From contig JANOTL010000048.1 in NCBI GenBank assembly GCA_031416315.1, positions 1 through 62,414 on the forward strand: DNA of 62,414 nt, in the 5' to 3' direction. Origin of the DNA: Pseudomonadota bacterium. Lineage in GTDB: Bacteria; Bdellovibrionota_B; Oligoflexia; Oligoflexales; CAIYRB01. This document shows positions 19,487 to 28,824 of this stretch, piece by piece (positions within the stretch are counted from its first letter, which is position 1; every line of letters starts with the position of its first letter). The position numbers and the translations under genes were made by a program. Below the pieces are notes generated by a model that did not search any database, was not told the DNA's origin, and saw only the letters and a list, made by a program, of their open reading frames with translations.

Positions 19487-19619
19487 ATGCCTGGAAGCCC
19501 CGAGTTTCCCCGGCTACTTGCCAGGAGTTAAGCGGATAGGTAGCATGATGATATACTCAACGATGGAAAAACTTTAGCAATTCTTCTGCGCTTCAAGTGC
19601 TATTCCGGCGGAGGATCCC

Positions 19620-20075
19620 GTGGCCGCGGCTGCCAAGCAATTCGATGAATCGCTCGTGAACTTTTACGAGGAGCGCCTCGTATCACGTGCCGACGCGGTC
19701 TACCGCTTCGCCTTTGCCTTGACGCTCTCCCTGGACGGCGCGCAGAAATGCACCGAGCGCACGTTCCGCGAGGTCGCTGCGAATCTCGAGAAGATCCACG
19801 GCTCGGGCGAGCCCAACGTCGCCGCGGTCCTGCTGGCCTATTGCTGGCGCGCTTACCAGGACCTCAAGAGCCAAAACTTCCCGGAAGGCCAGTCGGCCGT
19901 CACGAAAGCATTGAAGCCCATCGCCCTCGAGCCTCGCGCCGCGCTCGCCGCGGTCGATATCGTCGGGCTCGCGCCCGCCGACGCGGCCAAGGTCCTCGCC
20001 TGGCAGGAGCGTGATCTGCGCACCCACCTCGCGGTGGCGCGCAAAGCGCTGATGATGAGCTCGCTGGACGTCTGA
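19620..20075 (+). CDS. degenerate ECF sigma-70-like protein
   Basis: Region-2-like AVYRFAFALT...A....E.TF and region-4-like RAALAAVDIVGL...AAKVL......HL..ARKAL; RBS GGAGG before GTG. Confidence 0.65.
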   Translation: MAAAAKQFDESLVNFYEERLVSRADAVYRFAFALTLSLDGAQKCTERTFREVAANLEKIHGSGEPNVAAVLLAYCWRAYQDLKSQNFPEGQSAVTKALKPIALEPRAALAAVDIVGLAPADAAKVLAWQERDLRTHLAVARKALMMSSLDV

Positions 20076-20091
20076 AGGAGTAAGTTTCCCC

Positions 20092-20952
20092 ATGGCTCAA
20101 CCGTCGCCTGACCAGAGTTCCCTCTCCACGCAAGACTTCCTGCTCGCGTACCTCGCCGAGTACCTCGACGGCGAGCTGCCGCGCGAGCTGAAGGACCGGG
20201 TCGAAGCGCTCGTGAAGACGCCCGGCCAGGAGGAGATCCCCGGCCACTTCCAGGCGATGCGCGGTCGGCTCCAGCTGGCGATGCAGAGCTACTACCTGAA
20301 AGAGAACGAGATTCAGACGATCCGCAACTACGTGCAGGATCCCTCGGTCAAGGCGACGCAAGAGAACATCAAGATCGAGGCGCTCGGCCGCAAAGAGCTG
20401 ATTTCGACCCTGATGCGCCGCTTGTCGCTCGTCGCCATCGCGGCGGCGATCATCGGCGTGCTCGTCTGGCAGTTCGGGCCGAAACGCGAGGCGAAATTCA
20501 AGCCGCTCGAGTTCCTGGGCTACGAAGCCCTCGCGTTGGAGGAGGACCCGCGCGACCGCCTCGACCTGCCGTCGAGCGACATGAATGAGATCAAGCAATA
20601 CCTCTCGGCCTACCCCGGCCTCGACTTCAAGCCGAAGGTCTTGGGCCAGATCCACGAGGCCTGGAAGCCGGAAGGCGCGACGATCATCGATTATGAGATC
20701 GCCAAGGTCGCGCTCGTGCAGTTCGGCCACGCGCAGTCGAAAGAGAAGCTCTTTCACTTCTCGTACGCCGGCGCGCTCAAGGACCTGCCGAAGGCCGAGC
20801 CGGGCAACATCGGCGGCCTCGTCTTCCAGACCTATTCCTCCGACGACTTGAACCTGATCGCTTTCGAGGGTCCCAAGGGCGTCGTCTCGATCCTCGCCGG
20901 TCGCCGCGCCGCGCCGGAGCTTGCGGAGATCGCTAAGGACGGCAGCAAGTGA
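20092..20952 (+). CDS. anti-sigma factor-like membrane protein
   Basis: N-terminal LAEYLDGEL motif of the anti-sigma domain, one TM helix (LSLVAIAAAIIGVLVW), periplasmic C-terminus; directly follows the ECF-like gene. Confidence 0.65.
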   Translation: MAQPSPDQSSLSTQDFLLAYLAEYLDGELPRELKDRVEALVKTPGQEEIPGHFQAMRGRLQLAMQSYYLKENEIQTIRNYVQDPSVKATQENIKIEALGRKELISTLMRRLSLVAIAAAIIGVLVWQFGPKREAKFKPLEFLGYEALALEEDPRDRLDLPSSDMNEIKQYLSAYPGLDFKPKVLGQIHEAWKPEGATIIDYEIAKVALVQFGHAQSKEKLFHFSYAGALKDLPKAEPGNIGGLVFQTYSSDDLNLIAFEGPKGVVSILAGRRAAPELAEIAKDGSK

Positions 20953-21458
20953 ACGGGTCCGACGGCGGCCTCGGCTCGCCCCGCCCCGGGATGGGCTTTC
21001 GCCGTGAGCTGAAGGACGGCGTGCACGTGCTCTCGGGCAGCTTCGACGAGGTCTCCGACTTCGAGTCCTTGACGAAGCTTGCGGACGAGCCCTTGAAGCT
21101 GAGCCTGAGCGGCATCCAGACGATCAATAGCCTCGGTCTGCGCCGACTGATCGCCTTCGCCAAGCATCTCGGCGACCGCGCGGTCGAGCTGCACGAGTGC
21201 CCGCCCGTGTTCATCGAGGCGGTGAACGTCATGCCAGTCGCGATCGGCGGCTCGAAGCACGTTTCGCGCGTCCGCTCGATCCTCATGCCTTATCACTGCA
21301 AGGGCGACCACGAGCGCGCCTTCGTCGTGCCCGTCTCCGCCGTGCGGCTCGGCACCGACGTGCAGGTTCCAAAGCAGGAATGCTCGATCTGTCGCCTGCC
21401 GATGGAGCCCGACCTCGAGACGGATCTCGACGAGTTCTTCTACTTTCTCACTCCGTGA
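20949..21458 (+). CDS. STAS-like domain + Zn-ribbon-like protein
   Basis: LSGSFDE, LSLSGIQTINSLG, ECPPVFIEAVN, MPYHC, ECSIC..PME; GTGA-coupled to the anti-sigma gene. Confidence 0.65.
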   Translation: MNGSDGGLGSPRPGMGFRRELKDGVHVLSGSFDEVSDFESLTKLADEPLKLSLSGIQTINSLGLRRLIAFAKHLGDRAVELHECPPVFIEAVNVMPVAIGGSKHVSRVRSILMPYHCKGDHERAFVVPVSAVRLGTDVQVPKQECSICRLPMEPDLETDLDEFFYFLTP

Positions 21459-21556
21459 GCCTCGGCTCTGACTGAGAAATCGACGGTGTCAAGCAAATAG
21501 TCGGGCGCAACCCCGCGAACCTCGAGCTAACCCTGCATCGCGCGGGGATTTCGGCG

Positions 21557-21574
21557 TTGGCCTTGCGATTGCAA
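21557..21574 (+). promoter_or_regulatory. candidate sigma54 -24/-12 promoter
   Basis: TTGGCCTTGCGATTGCAA (GG-N10-GC) upstream of 21648. Confidence 0.6.
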
Positions 21575-21647
21575 AAAGGCTCGAGCCAGCGGCGCCAGCC
21601 GCGGGCAACCCTGAAGCTGAGCTGATTTCCAAAGCGGACTGTGGGAG

Positions 21648-22796
21648 ATGTTGCAAATGTTGACCTCGAAATTCCTCGTGAGTTCCTTCCGTGTCGTTCT
21701 CGTTTCCTCCACCATCGCCAGCATGCTGACCGCGTGCGGCTCGGCGTCCTTCTCGCGCAAAGACGGCAAAAAAGCCGGCAAGCAAGAAGTTGCCGCGGGC
21801 TCGAACTTGGGCGACTGCCTGAAGCTCGCCCTGGCCGGCGACATGCCGGAGTACGGCCAACCGCAAGACTCCGGTTACGACAAAGGCGCCGGCGGCGGCG
21901 ACGTCGTCATCGTCCCGGGCTACGAGCCGGCGAAGCCGGGCCAGACCCCGACCTATCCGGGCCAAAATCCCACCAATCCTCCAGTCGCGGGCTACGAGCC
22001 GGGTCAAGAGCCGATCCCGGGCACGCCGGGCTACGTCCCGGGCAAAGAGCCGGGCCAACCGTACACGCCGGGCCAAAACCCGACCGTTCCGGGCTATGAG
22101 CCGGGCAAAGAGCCGGGCCAACCTTACACGCCGGGCCAGAACCCCGAGGTCCCGGGCAAAGAGCCGGGCAAAGAGCCCTTCCCGGGCGGCCAAGAGCCCC
22201 TGCCGGGCTACGAAGACGGCAAAGGCGGCAAAGACGGCGGCAAGCCCTACGTCCCGACGGCGCCCTGCAAGCCGACCGGTAAAGACGACGGCAAGAAAGA
22301 CGACGGCAAAGGCCCGAGCCAAGGCGGCAAGGACTATCCCGCGCAAACGCCGATCGACCCTTCCCTTTGCGGCAAAGACGGCAAATTCTGCGACGACGGC
22401 AAAGGCCCCGGCCAGTATCCCGGCCAGACCTCGACCGGCAAAAGCTACGACCAAAAAGACGCTGAAGGCTGCTTCGCGGCGTTCCGCAACGCCGGTTACG
22501 ACACCAAGGGCATGTGGAACATCGTCGTGAAGGAAGCGAAGAGCGTCAACGTTCTCTCGCACTCGACCTTCACCGACGTCGGCAACGAACCGGCGCTCGT
22601 CATCATCAAGTCGGTGAACGTGCTCGGCTCGATGGACTATGAGCTCCTCAACCCGAACGCGCTCTACTGCATCAAGAGCGTCTCCGTCCTCCAGAACACG
22701 AATGTCACGAGCTGCCTCGAGAGCAACGTGGTCTTCGGCAAAGACGTCAGCGTTCTGAGCGGCGCCAAAGCCCAACTCGCGAACTGCGGCTACTAA
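21648..22796 (+). CDS. lipoprotein with Pro/Gly/Tyr repeat stalk and C-terminal K[SD]V[NS]VL repeats
   Basis: Lipobox LTAC; PGYEPGKEPGQPYTPGQNP repeats; DDGK repeats; four 22-23 aa beta repeats. Confidence 0.8.
   Translation: MLQMLTSKFLVSSFRVVLVSSTIASMLTACGSASFSRKDGKKAGKQEVAAGSNLGDCLKLALAGDMPEYGQPQDSGYDKGAGGGDVVIVPGYEPAKPGQTPTYPGQNPTNPPVAGYEPGQEPIPGTPGYVPGKEPGQPYTPGQNPTVPGYEPGKEPGQPYTPGQNPEVPGKEPGKEPFPGGQEPLPGYEDGKGGKDGGKPYVPTAPCKPTGKDDGKKDDGKGPSQGGKDYPAQTPIDPSLCGKDGKFCDDGKGPGQYPGQTSTGKSYDQKDAEGCFAAFRNAGYDTKGMWNIVVKEAKSVNVLSHSTFTDVGNEPALVIIKSVNVLGSMDYELLNPNALYCIKSVSVLQNTNVTSCLESNVVFGKDVSVLSGAKAQLANCGY
21915..22215 (+). repeat. coding tandem repeats (about 63-bp period) within the lipoprotein gene
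   Basis: CCGGGCAAAGAGCCGGGCCAACC[GT]TACACGCCGGGCCA at 22038 and 22101, plus degenerate copies. Confidence 0.85.
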
Positions 22797-22908
22797 GTAC
22801 TAGCTCCCCCAATCCGTAAGCTCAGGCCGGTCCACCTTGCAGGTGGACCGGCAGTCGGCGTTTTTGGTAATAGTGGGCGACCGGGAACGCAGAAGTCGGG
22901 GGCAGCGC

Positions 22909-24093
22909 ATGGGACAAGATTTCCTCGGCCACCTCGCGGCCGAGACGGCCAAGCTGAAGACCGCGGGCCTCTACAAGCACGAGCGCGTCATCACCTCGCC
23001 GCAGGCCGCCCGAATCGCCGCCGAGGGCAAGCGCGTCATCAACCTCTGCGCCAACAACTACCTCGGCCTCTCCAGCCATCCCGCACTGGTGCGCGCCGCG
23101 AAGGCCGCGCTCGACGAGTTCGGCTACGGCCTTGCCTCGGTGCGCTTCATCTGCGGCACGCAGTCCCTCCACAAGGATCTCGAGACCGCCTTGTCGCAGT
23201 TCCTCGGCACCGAGGACACGATCCTCTATTCTTCCTGCTTCGACGCCAACGGTGGCCTCTTCGAGACCCTCCTCGGCGAGGAGGACGCGATCATCAGCGA
23301 CGAGCTGAACCACGCCTCGATCATCGACGGCATCCGTTTGGCGAAGTCGAAGCGCTTGCGCTACAAGAACAACGACATGGCGGACCTCGAGGCCAAGCTA
23401 AAGGAGGCCTCCGGCGCCCGCTTCAAGATGGTCGCCACCGACGGCGTCTTTTCGATGGACGGGATCATCGCCGACCTTCCGTCGATCTGCGACCTGGCCG
23501 AAAAGTACGGCGCCATGGTGATGGTCGACGACTCGCACGCCGTCGGCTTCACCGGCAAGAACGGCCGCGGCACGCACGAGCTGCACGGCGTGATGGACAG
23601 GATCGACGTTATCACCGGCACCCTCGGCAAGGCCCTCGGCGGCGCCTCCGGCGGCTACACCTCGGGCAAGAAAGAGATCGTCGAGTGGCTCCGCCAGCGC
23701 TCGCGGCCCTATCTCTTCTCCAACACGCTCATGCCCGCGATCGCCGGCGCCTCGCTCGCCGCCTTGAAGCTCCTCGAGACCGAAGGCGCGCTCCGGACGA
23801 AGCTCGAGGACAACGCCAAGTTTTTTCGCGCCGAGATGACCAAGCTCGGCTTCAGCTTGATCCCCGGTCACCACCCGATCATCCCGGTGATGATCGGCGA
23901 CGCGGTGAAGGCGAAGGAGCTCGCCGACGCGCTGCTCGGAGAAGGCGTTTACGTCATCGCTTTCTCCTACCCGGTCGTGCCGCTGGGCAAGGCGCGGATC
24001 CGCACGCAGATCTCCGCCGGACACGAGAAGAAGGACCTCGAGGAGGCGGTCTTAGCCTTCGCGCGCGCCGGCAAATCCCTCGGCCTGATTTAG
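22909..24093 (+). CDS. kbl: glycine C-acetyltransferase (2-amino-3-ketobutyrate CoA ligase)
   Basis: [67 protein letters not shown]; operon with tdh. Confidence 0.97.
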   Translation: MGQDFLGHLAAETAKLKTAGLYKHERVITSPQAARIAAEGKRVINLCANNYLGLSSHPALVRAAKAALDEFGYGLASVRFICGTQSLHKDLETALSQFLGTEDTILYSSCFDANGGLFETLLGEEDAIISDELNHASIIDGIRLAKSKRLRYKNNDMADLEAKLKEASGARFKMVATDGVFSMDGIIADLPSICDLAEKYGAMVMVDDSHAVGFTGKNGRGTHELHGVMDRIDVITGTLGKALGGASGGYTSGKKEIVEWLRQRSRPYLFSNTLMPAIAGASLAALKLLETEGALRTKLEDNAKFFRAEMTKLGFSLIPGHHPIIPVMIGDAVKAKELADALLGEGVYVIAFSYPVVPLGKARIRTQISAGHEKKDLEEAVLAFARAGKSLGLI

Positions 24094-24102
24094 GAGTCGC
24101 CC

Positions 24103-25152
24103 ATGCAGAAGACGATGAAGGCCCTGATCAAGAGGGAACGCAAGGTCGGTCTTTGGGCCGGCGAGGTTCCCGTTCCCGTCCCGGGCCCGAACGACCTTCT
24201 GATCAAAATCCGGAAGACCGCGATCTGCGGCACCGACCTCCATATCTACAACTGGGACGAGTGGTCGCAGAAGACGATCCCGGTGCCGATGGTCACCGGC
24301 CACGAGTTCGTCGGCACCGTCTCCGAGGTCGGCAGCGCCGTCGCCGAGGATCCGCACGGCTACAAGGTCGGCGACCGCGTCTCGGGCGAGGGCCACATCA
24401 CCTGCGGCCATTGCCGGAACTGCCGCGCCGGCCGCCGCCATCTTTGCCGCAACACCATCGGCGTCGGCGTCAACCGCCAGGGTTGCTTCGCGGAGTATCT
24501 TTGCATTCCCGCGGCCAACGCCTTCAAGATTCCGGACTCGATCTCGGACGACGTGGCCTCGATGTTCGACCCTTACGGCAACGCCGTGCACACCGCGCTC
24601 TCCTTCGACCTCGTGGGCGAAGACGTCCTGATCACCGGCGCCGGTCCGATCGGCATCATGGGCGTCGCCATCGCCAAGCACGTCGGCGCGCGCCACGTGG
24701 TCATCACCGACGTGAACGACTACCGCCTGGAGCTTGCGAAGAAGCTCGGCGCCACTCGCGTCGTCAACCCGAGCCGAGAGAAGCTGGAAGGCACGATGAA
24801 GGAGCTCGGCATGACCGAGGGCTTCGACGTCGGCCTCGAGATGTCGGGCAACGCCTCCGCCTTTCAGTCGATGCTCGCCTCGATGAACCACGGCGGCCGC
24901 GTCGCCATGCTCGGCATCTTCAGCAAGGAGGTCGCGATCGACTGGTCGCAGGTCATCTTCAAGGGCCTCGTGCTGAAAGGCATCTACGGCCGCGAGATGT
25001 ACGAGACCTGGTACAAGATGACCGCGATGCTGCAATCCGGCCTCGACGTCTCCGCCGTGATTACGCACCGCATGAAGGCCGACGACTTCGAGCAGGGTTT
25101 TGCCGCGATGAACTCCGGCATGGCCGCGAAGTGCGTCTTGGACTGGACCTGA
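24103..25152 (+). CDS. tdh: L-threonine 3-dehydrogenase
   Basis: [61 protein letters not shown]. Confidence 0.97.
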   Translation: MQKTMKALIKRERKVGLWAGEVPVPVPGPNDLLIKIRKTAICGTDLHIYNWDEWSQKTIPVPMVTGHEFVGTVSEVGSAVAEDPHGYKVGDRVSGEGHITCGHCRNCRAGRRHLCRNTIGVGVNRQGCFAEYLCIPAANAFKIPDSISDDVASMFDPYGNAVHTALSFDLVGEDVLITGAGPIGIMGVAIAKHVGARHVVITDVNDYRLELAKKLGATRVVNPSREKLEGTMKELGMTEGFDVGLEMSGNASAFQSMLASMNHGGRVAMLGIFSKEVAIDWSQVIFKGLVLKGIYGREMYETWYKMTAMLQSGLDVSAVITHRMKADDFEQGFAAMNSGMAAKCVLDWT

Positions 25153-25167
25153 GTGTCGATTTAATCA

Positions 25168-25185
25168 ATAAATACATGTATTTAT
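25168..25185. promoter_or_regulatory. perfect 18-bp AT-rich palindrome (candidate operator)
   Basis: ATAAATACATGTATTTAT, intergenic between tdh and the lipoprotein gene. Confidence 0.6.
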
Positions 25186-25231
25186 ACTCAGTGCGCTCAT
25201 GCGCATGCGCCGAATCGCCGATAAAGAGGCC

Positions 25232-26344
25232 ATGCGTCGCACCGGAAAAACATGGTTCGCCACGACCTTGGCCAGCTTTTGGCTGATCGTCGCGGCCGGC
25301 GCCTGCAAGCAGACTGGGGCCGCCACCGCCTCGGCGCCGCCGCCTGGTGACGCCGGCGTCGGCTCGGCCGGGCCCGGCTCGGCCTCCGAAGACGACCGAC
25401 CCGACCAGAGCGTGCCGGTCGCCGGCGCCTACCTCGCCTGCCTCGTCGCCAAGCCGCAAGAAGCCAGCGACTCGATCACGGCCGGCTGTCAGGTCCGCGA
25501 CAAGAGCCAAAACAAGGTCGATCTGAAGAAATACCCCGGCTACACCTGGACGTTCGTGCCGCCGAAAGGCAAGGACGGCAAGCCCGTCGAAGGCGCCGGT
25601 AAGGTCGAGGTGTACGACCTCGCCGCGCAAAAGGACAAGAACTACTACTTCCAAGTCGCCATGCGCATGAAAATCGGCACGAACGGTCCTGCCAAAGGCG
25701 CAGGGCTGACGACGACGGAAGGCGAGCGTAAGAAGGCCGCGGGCTACTTCCTCGCCCTGAAGCCCTTGATGCTCGTCGTCGCGAAAAAGGGTGCCGGGCT
25801 TGCGCTCGACGGCCAGGGCCGAGCTCCAGACAAGAAGGAGGACGGCGGCGCCGGTCTCCTCGACCAGGCCGCCGGCATCGGCAGCAAGCTCACCTACGGC
25901 CAACACACGGCCGAAGTCCTCGCGGGCAAGCCCCGCGCCCTGATGCCGAAGAAGATCGTCGAGCAGTCGACCCAGTCGCAGAACGCCGTTCTGGACGCCG
26001 TCTTCGTCCCGGGCGCGACCAGCACCTCGGACAACGGCGCTGTCGCCATCGACCCCAGCGCCGAGACCGTCGTCGCCCAGCCGGCGCAGGACGTCACCAC
26101 CCTGGTCCCCAATTCGGCGGAGGTGGCGACCCTAGAGAAGGCCGACACCAGCGTGACCGGGAAGCCGCAGGAGCTCGACGCGACCACGTGGACCGACAGT
26201 CCCGGCGGCACGGTCACCGAGGAGCCCGTACCCGAGACGCTCGACTCGGCGGCTTGCGACGCCCTCTACGAGAAGAGGAACGACACCGACTTCGACCAGG
26301 CGGGCTTCGACGCCAAATGCCCGAGCTACGCGCCGCCTACGTAG
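25232..26344 (+). CDS. hypothetical lipoprotein
   Basis: MRRTGK..hydrophobic..AGAC lipobox; low-complexity linker; PVAGAYLAC; acidic T/P-rich tail ending in a two-Cys module. Confidence 0.7.
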   Translation: MRRTGKTWFATTLASFWLIVAAGACKQTGAATASAPPPGDAGVGSAGPGSASEDDRPDQSVPVAGAYLACLVAKPQEASDSITAGCQVRDKSQNKVDLKKYPGYTWTFVPPKGKDGKPVEGAGKVEVYDLAAQKDKNYYFQVAMRMKIGTNGPAKGAGLTTTEGERKKAAGYFLALKPLMLVVAKKGAGLALDGQGRAPDKKEDGGAGLLDQAAGIGSKLTYGQHTAEVLAGKPRALMPKKIVEQSTQSQNAVLDAVFVPGATSTSDNGAVAIDPSAETVVAQPAQDVTTLVPNSAEVATLEKADTSVTGKPQELDATTWTDSPGGTVTEEPVPETLDSAACDALYEKRNDTDFDQAGFDAKCPSYAPPT

Positions 26345-26588
26345 CGGAGGCGGTCGGGAGGCCCAGCAGATACATCATCGCGCTCGGGTAGCCGGGCTTT
26401 TTCACGTGCCCGATGTCCCAGACGTAGTCCTTTGCCTTGACGCCTTTCAAGAGCTCCTGGAGATCCGCCTTTGAATACGTGCGCGCGTTCGACACCGCGC
26501 CGTCCCAGGCGATCAGGAGCGGCAAGATCGGGATCACGTAGGTGAAGAAGAGGCGGAACTCGAAGATGTGGAGCCGTCGCACCTTCAT
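26337..26588 (-). pseudogene. internally deleted class I SAM-methyltransferase-like gene (83 aa remnant)
   Basis: Family N-terminus (RRLHIFEF) joined directly to family C-terminus (RLFFTYVIPILPLLIAWDG.VS..RTYS...Y.WDIG...YLLGLP); ATGA-coupled to the upstream gene. Confidence 0.6.
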
Positions 26589-27661
26589 TTGAACTCGCAG
26601 GTCCCTTCGCAACGCACGCTGGACGGGGCGTCGCCGTTGGGAGCGAGGTACTCGACAAGCCAATCGCGATAACGCACGCCGTTGCTCTCTATGAAGTAGA
26701 AGTCCTGCTCCGTGGTGATGCAATGGAGGTCGCCCGCGGCCAAGTAGGAGCGGAAGTTCGGCAGCGTCGCGTCGAGCCCGTCGAGCGTGGTCCGCGCCTG
26801 GGCGCCCCAGAGATCGGCGTCGCCGCCCATGCGCACGTAGAAGAGCCTCTGCACGAAGTCGAAGGCCGCCGAGAACTGCGAGAACTGCACCTCGGGGTAG
26901 TGTCGTGCCATGCCGCGATAGAAGTCGGCAAGCGTCATACTGCGCCAGTCGTTTTGCGCCGGGTCGAGCGCGGGGATCCAGCGGGGGGCGTTGGCCGTGA
27001 TGTTCCAGCGGCCGAAGGTCTCCTCCATGAACTCGGGGGTCAGGATGCCGACGCCGGCGTCCCCGATCTGGCGGATCGTGGCTTGCGGGAAGGCCTCCCT
27101 TAGGGTCGGAGTCCAGTAGGCTGAGCCATAGGCGCCCGCGCTGCAGCCGGTGACGGCGAGGTTCTGGACCTGGCCAGCGTAGTTGGCCTTCACCCAGTCG
27201 ACGGCCGCCCTCGCGTTGATGGCGCCGCGGTGGCGAATCTCGAAAGTTTCACCGTTCGCTTTCGTGTAGGTGACGTCATTCGCGCCCCAATGCACGTCGC
27301 CTGTGCAATAGGGGACGACGACGTGGGTGTATTCGCGGAACGGATTTTCGACCTTGCTGCGGTCGTAGATTCCCGAAGGGGAGGCAGCGTAGTCGCGCAC
27401 CTGGTCCATGTTGTCCGTAAAGGTCGCCGACTCGGGGGCGCAGGTCTCCGCGCTCCAACAGGCGCCGCCGCCGACGAAATCCACCACGACTTTGTCGTTA
27501 CCGCCCGACCCCGGATTGACGAAGAGCGAGAAAGGCGCGCCGCGGGCGCAGCTCGTCTCACCCCCGAGCGGCACCTCGATCCAGCCGTTGGGCAGGTCCT
27601 CGGCGAGAGCGGGCACAGCGGCGAAGAGCGACGCGACGCAAAATGCCTTGCGGATGAGCAT
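26585..27661 (-). CDS. secreted pectinacetylesterase/Notum family esterase
   Basis: Signal peptide ...PALA; C.RG, GGGACW, NPF....VVVPYCTGDVHWG, nucleophile TGCSAGAYG, LHC. Confidence 0.88.
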   Translation of the reverse strand: MLIRKAFCVASLFAAVPALAEDLPNGWIEVPLGGETSCARGAPFSLFVNPGSGGNDKVVVDFVGGGACWSAETCAPESATFTDNMDQVRDYAASPSGIYDRSKVENPFREYTHVVVPYCTGDVHWGANDVTYTKANGETFEIRHRGAINARAAVDWVKANYAGQVQNLAVTGCSAGAYGSAYWTPTLREAFPQATIRQIGDAGVGILTPEFMEETFGRWNITANAPRWIPALDPAQNDWRSMTLADFYRGMARHYPEVQFSQFSAAFDFVQRLFYVRMGGDADLWGAQARTTLDGLDATLPNFRSYLAAGDLHCITTEQDFYFIESNGVRYRDWLVEYLAPNGDAPSSVRCEGTCEFK

Positions 27662-27743
27662 GAAACACCCTCCTGGTGTAGCGACGATTTCGCCGAATAT
27701 AACATGATTGCGGCCGGCCTGCTCTTCCCCTAGGCTCGCGGGG

Positions 27744-28790
27744 ATGGCAGAAGAAAAGATCCTGGTCATCCAGCTGCGCCAGCTCGGTGACATCCTGCTC
27801 ACGACGCCCGTCCTGCGCGCGATCAAACGCGAGCGGCCGAAGGCGCGCATCACCTTTCTGAGCCACGCGATGGGCTGCCTCGTCCTGGACGATTGTCCCT
27901 TTCTCGACGAGCACTTCTTCTATTCCGAAAAGTCGACCTGGCGCGACGAGCTGCGCCTCTCCGCTAGCCTTCGCGAGCGTCATTTCGACCTCGTGCTGGA
28001 CTACATGAACAATCCGCGCAGCGCATTTTACGCCCTGCGCTCGGGCGCCACCGAGCGCTTGGCGTTCCGGTCGGCGCGAAGGCCCGCCTACACCAGGACC
28101 GTACCCCGTCCGAGTGGCGCAGGGCCGGAGGGCCGCTACATCGTCGACGAAAAGTTCGACCTCCTGCGCGCCGCCGGCTTCAAGCTGGAGGCGTCGCCGT
28201 CCCTGCATCTGCCCGTGCAGCCGTGGTCCGAACAACATACCCGTCCATTGATGAAGCTTTGGTCCGAAGGCGAGATCAAGGCCGCTCCCTTCGTCGTCAC
28301 CATCGCGGCGACGCATCGCCGTCAGGCGCGACGCTGGCCGCTCGAGCGCTACGCCGAAATCGCCGCCCGTCTCGCGCGCGACTGGGGCGCCTACGTCCTT
28401 TGGCTCTGGGGTCCGGGCGAGGAAGCCGTCGCCGACGAGGCGGTACGCCTTTGCCGAGAGAAGACGTGGAAGGCCCCGAAGACTTCATTTCGTGAGATGG
28501 CGGCCTTGATCGCCAATGCCGACCTGTTCCTCGGGAACTCGAACGGGCCGAGTCATGTCGCCGTCGCCGCGAGCATCTGCTCCTTGCAGCTGCACGGCCC
28601 GACGCATGCGCGCTCGTGGTGCCCAATGACCGAGAAGCACCGAGCTGTGACCCCGTCAGCGCCAGTGCCCGGCGAGATCACGGCGATCACGGTGGAGGCC
28701 GTTTGGGAGTCGCTTCTCGCCCTCCGTCCCGAGGTGGAGGCGCAGGCCGCGGCGGCGAAAGCGAAAAGGCCTCGGCTTACCTGGCGCTAA
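27744..28790 (+). CDS. glycosyltransferase family 9 (LPS heptosyltransferase-like)
   Basis: KILVIQLRQLGDILLTTP, RRWP.ERY, FLGNSNGPSHVAVA, LHGPT. Confidence 0.9.
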   Translation: MAEEKILVIQLRQLGDILLTTPVLRAIKRERPKARITFLSHAMGCLVLDDCPFLDEHFFYSEKSTWRDELRLSASLRERHFDLVLDYMNNPRSAFYALRSGATERLAFRSARRPAYTRTVPRPSGAGPEGRYIVDEKFDLLRAAGFKLEASPSLHLPVQPWSEQHTRPLMKLWSEGEIKAAPFVVTIAATHRRQARRWPLERYAEIAARLARDWGAYVLWLWGPGEEAVADEAVRLCREKTWKAPKTSFREMAALIANADLFLGNSNGPSHVAVAASICSLQLHGPTHARSWCPMTEKHRAVTPSAPVPGEITAITVEAVWESLLALRPEVEAQAAAAKAKRPRLTWR

Positions 28791-28824
28791 GTTTGACGTC
28801 AGAGCGTCGGCTGGGGCGGCCGTA

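Noticed and set aside
21575..21647. c-di-GMP riboswitch in the leader (GGGCAACC...)
   Set aside because: The GGCAAA/GAAA/GCAAAG core and paired stems of GEMM elements could not be matched.
21915..22215. Repeat array resembling CRISPR periodicity
   Set aside because: Repeats are in-frame coding units with synonymous variation and no unique spacers; no cas genes in the window.
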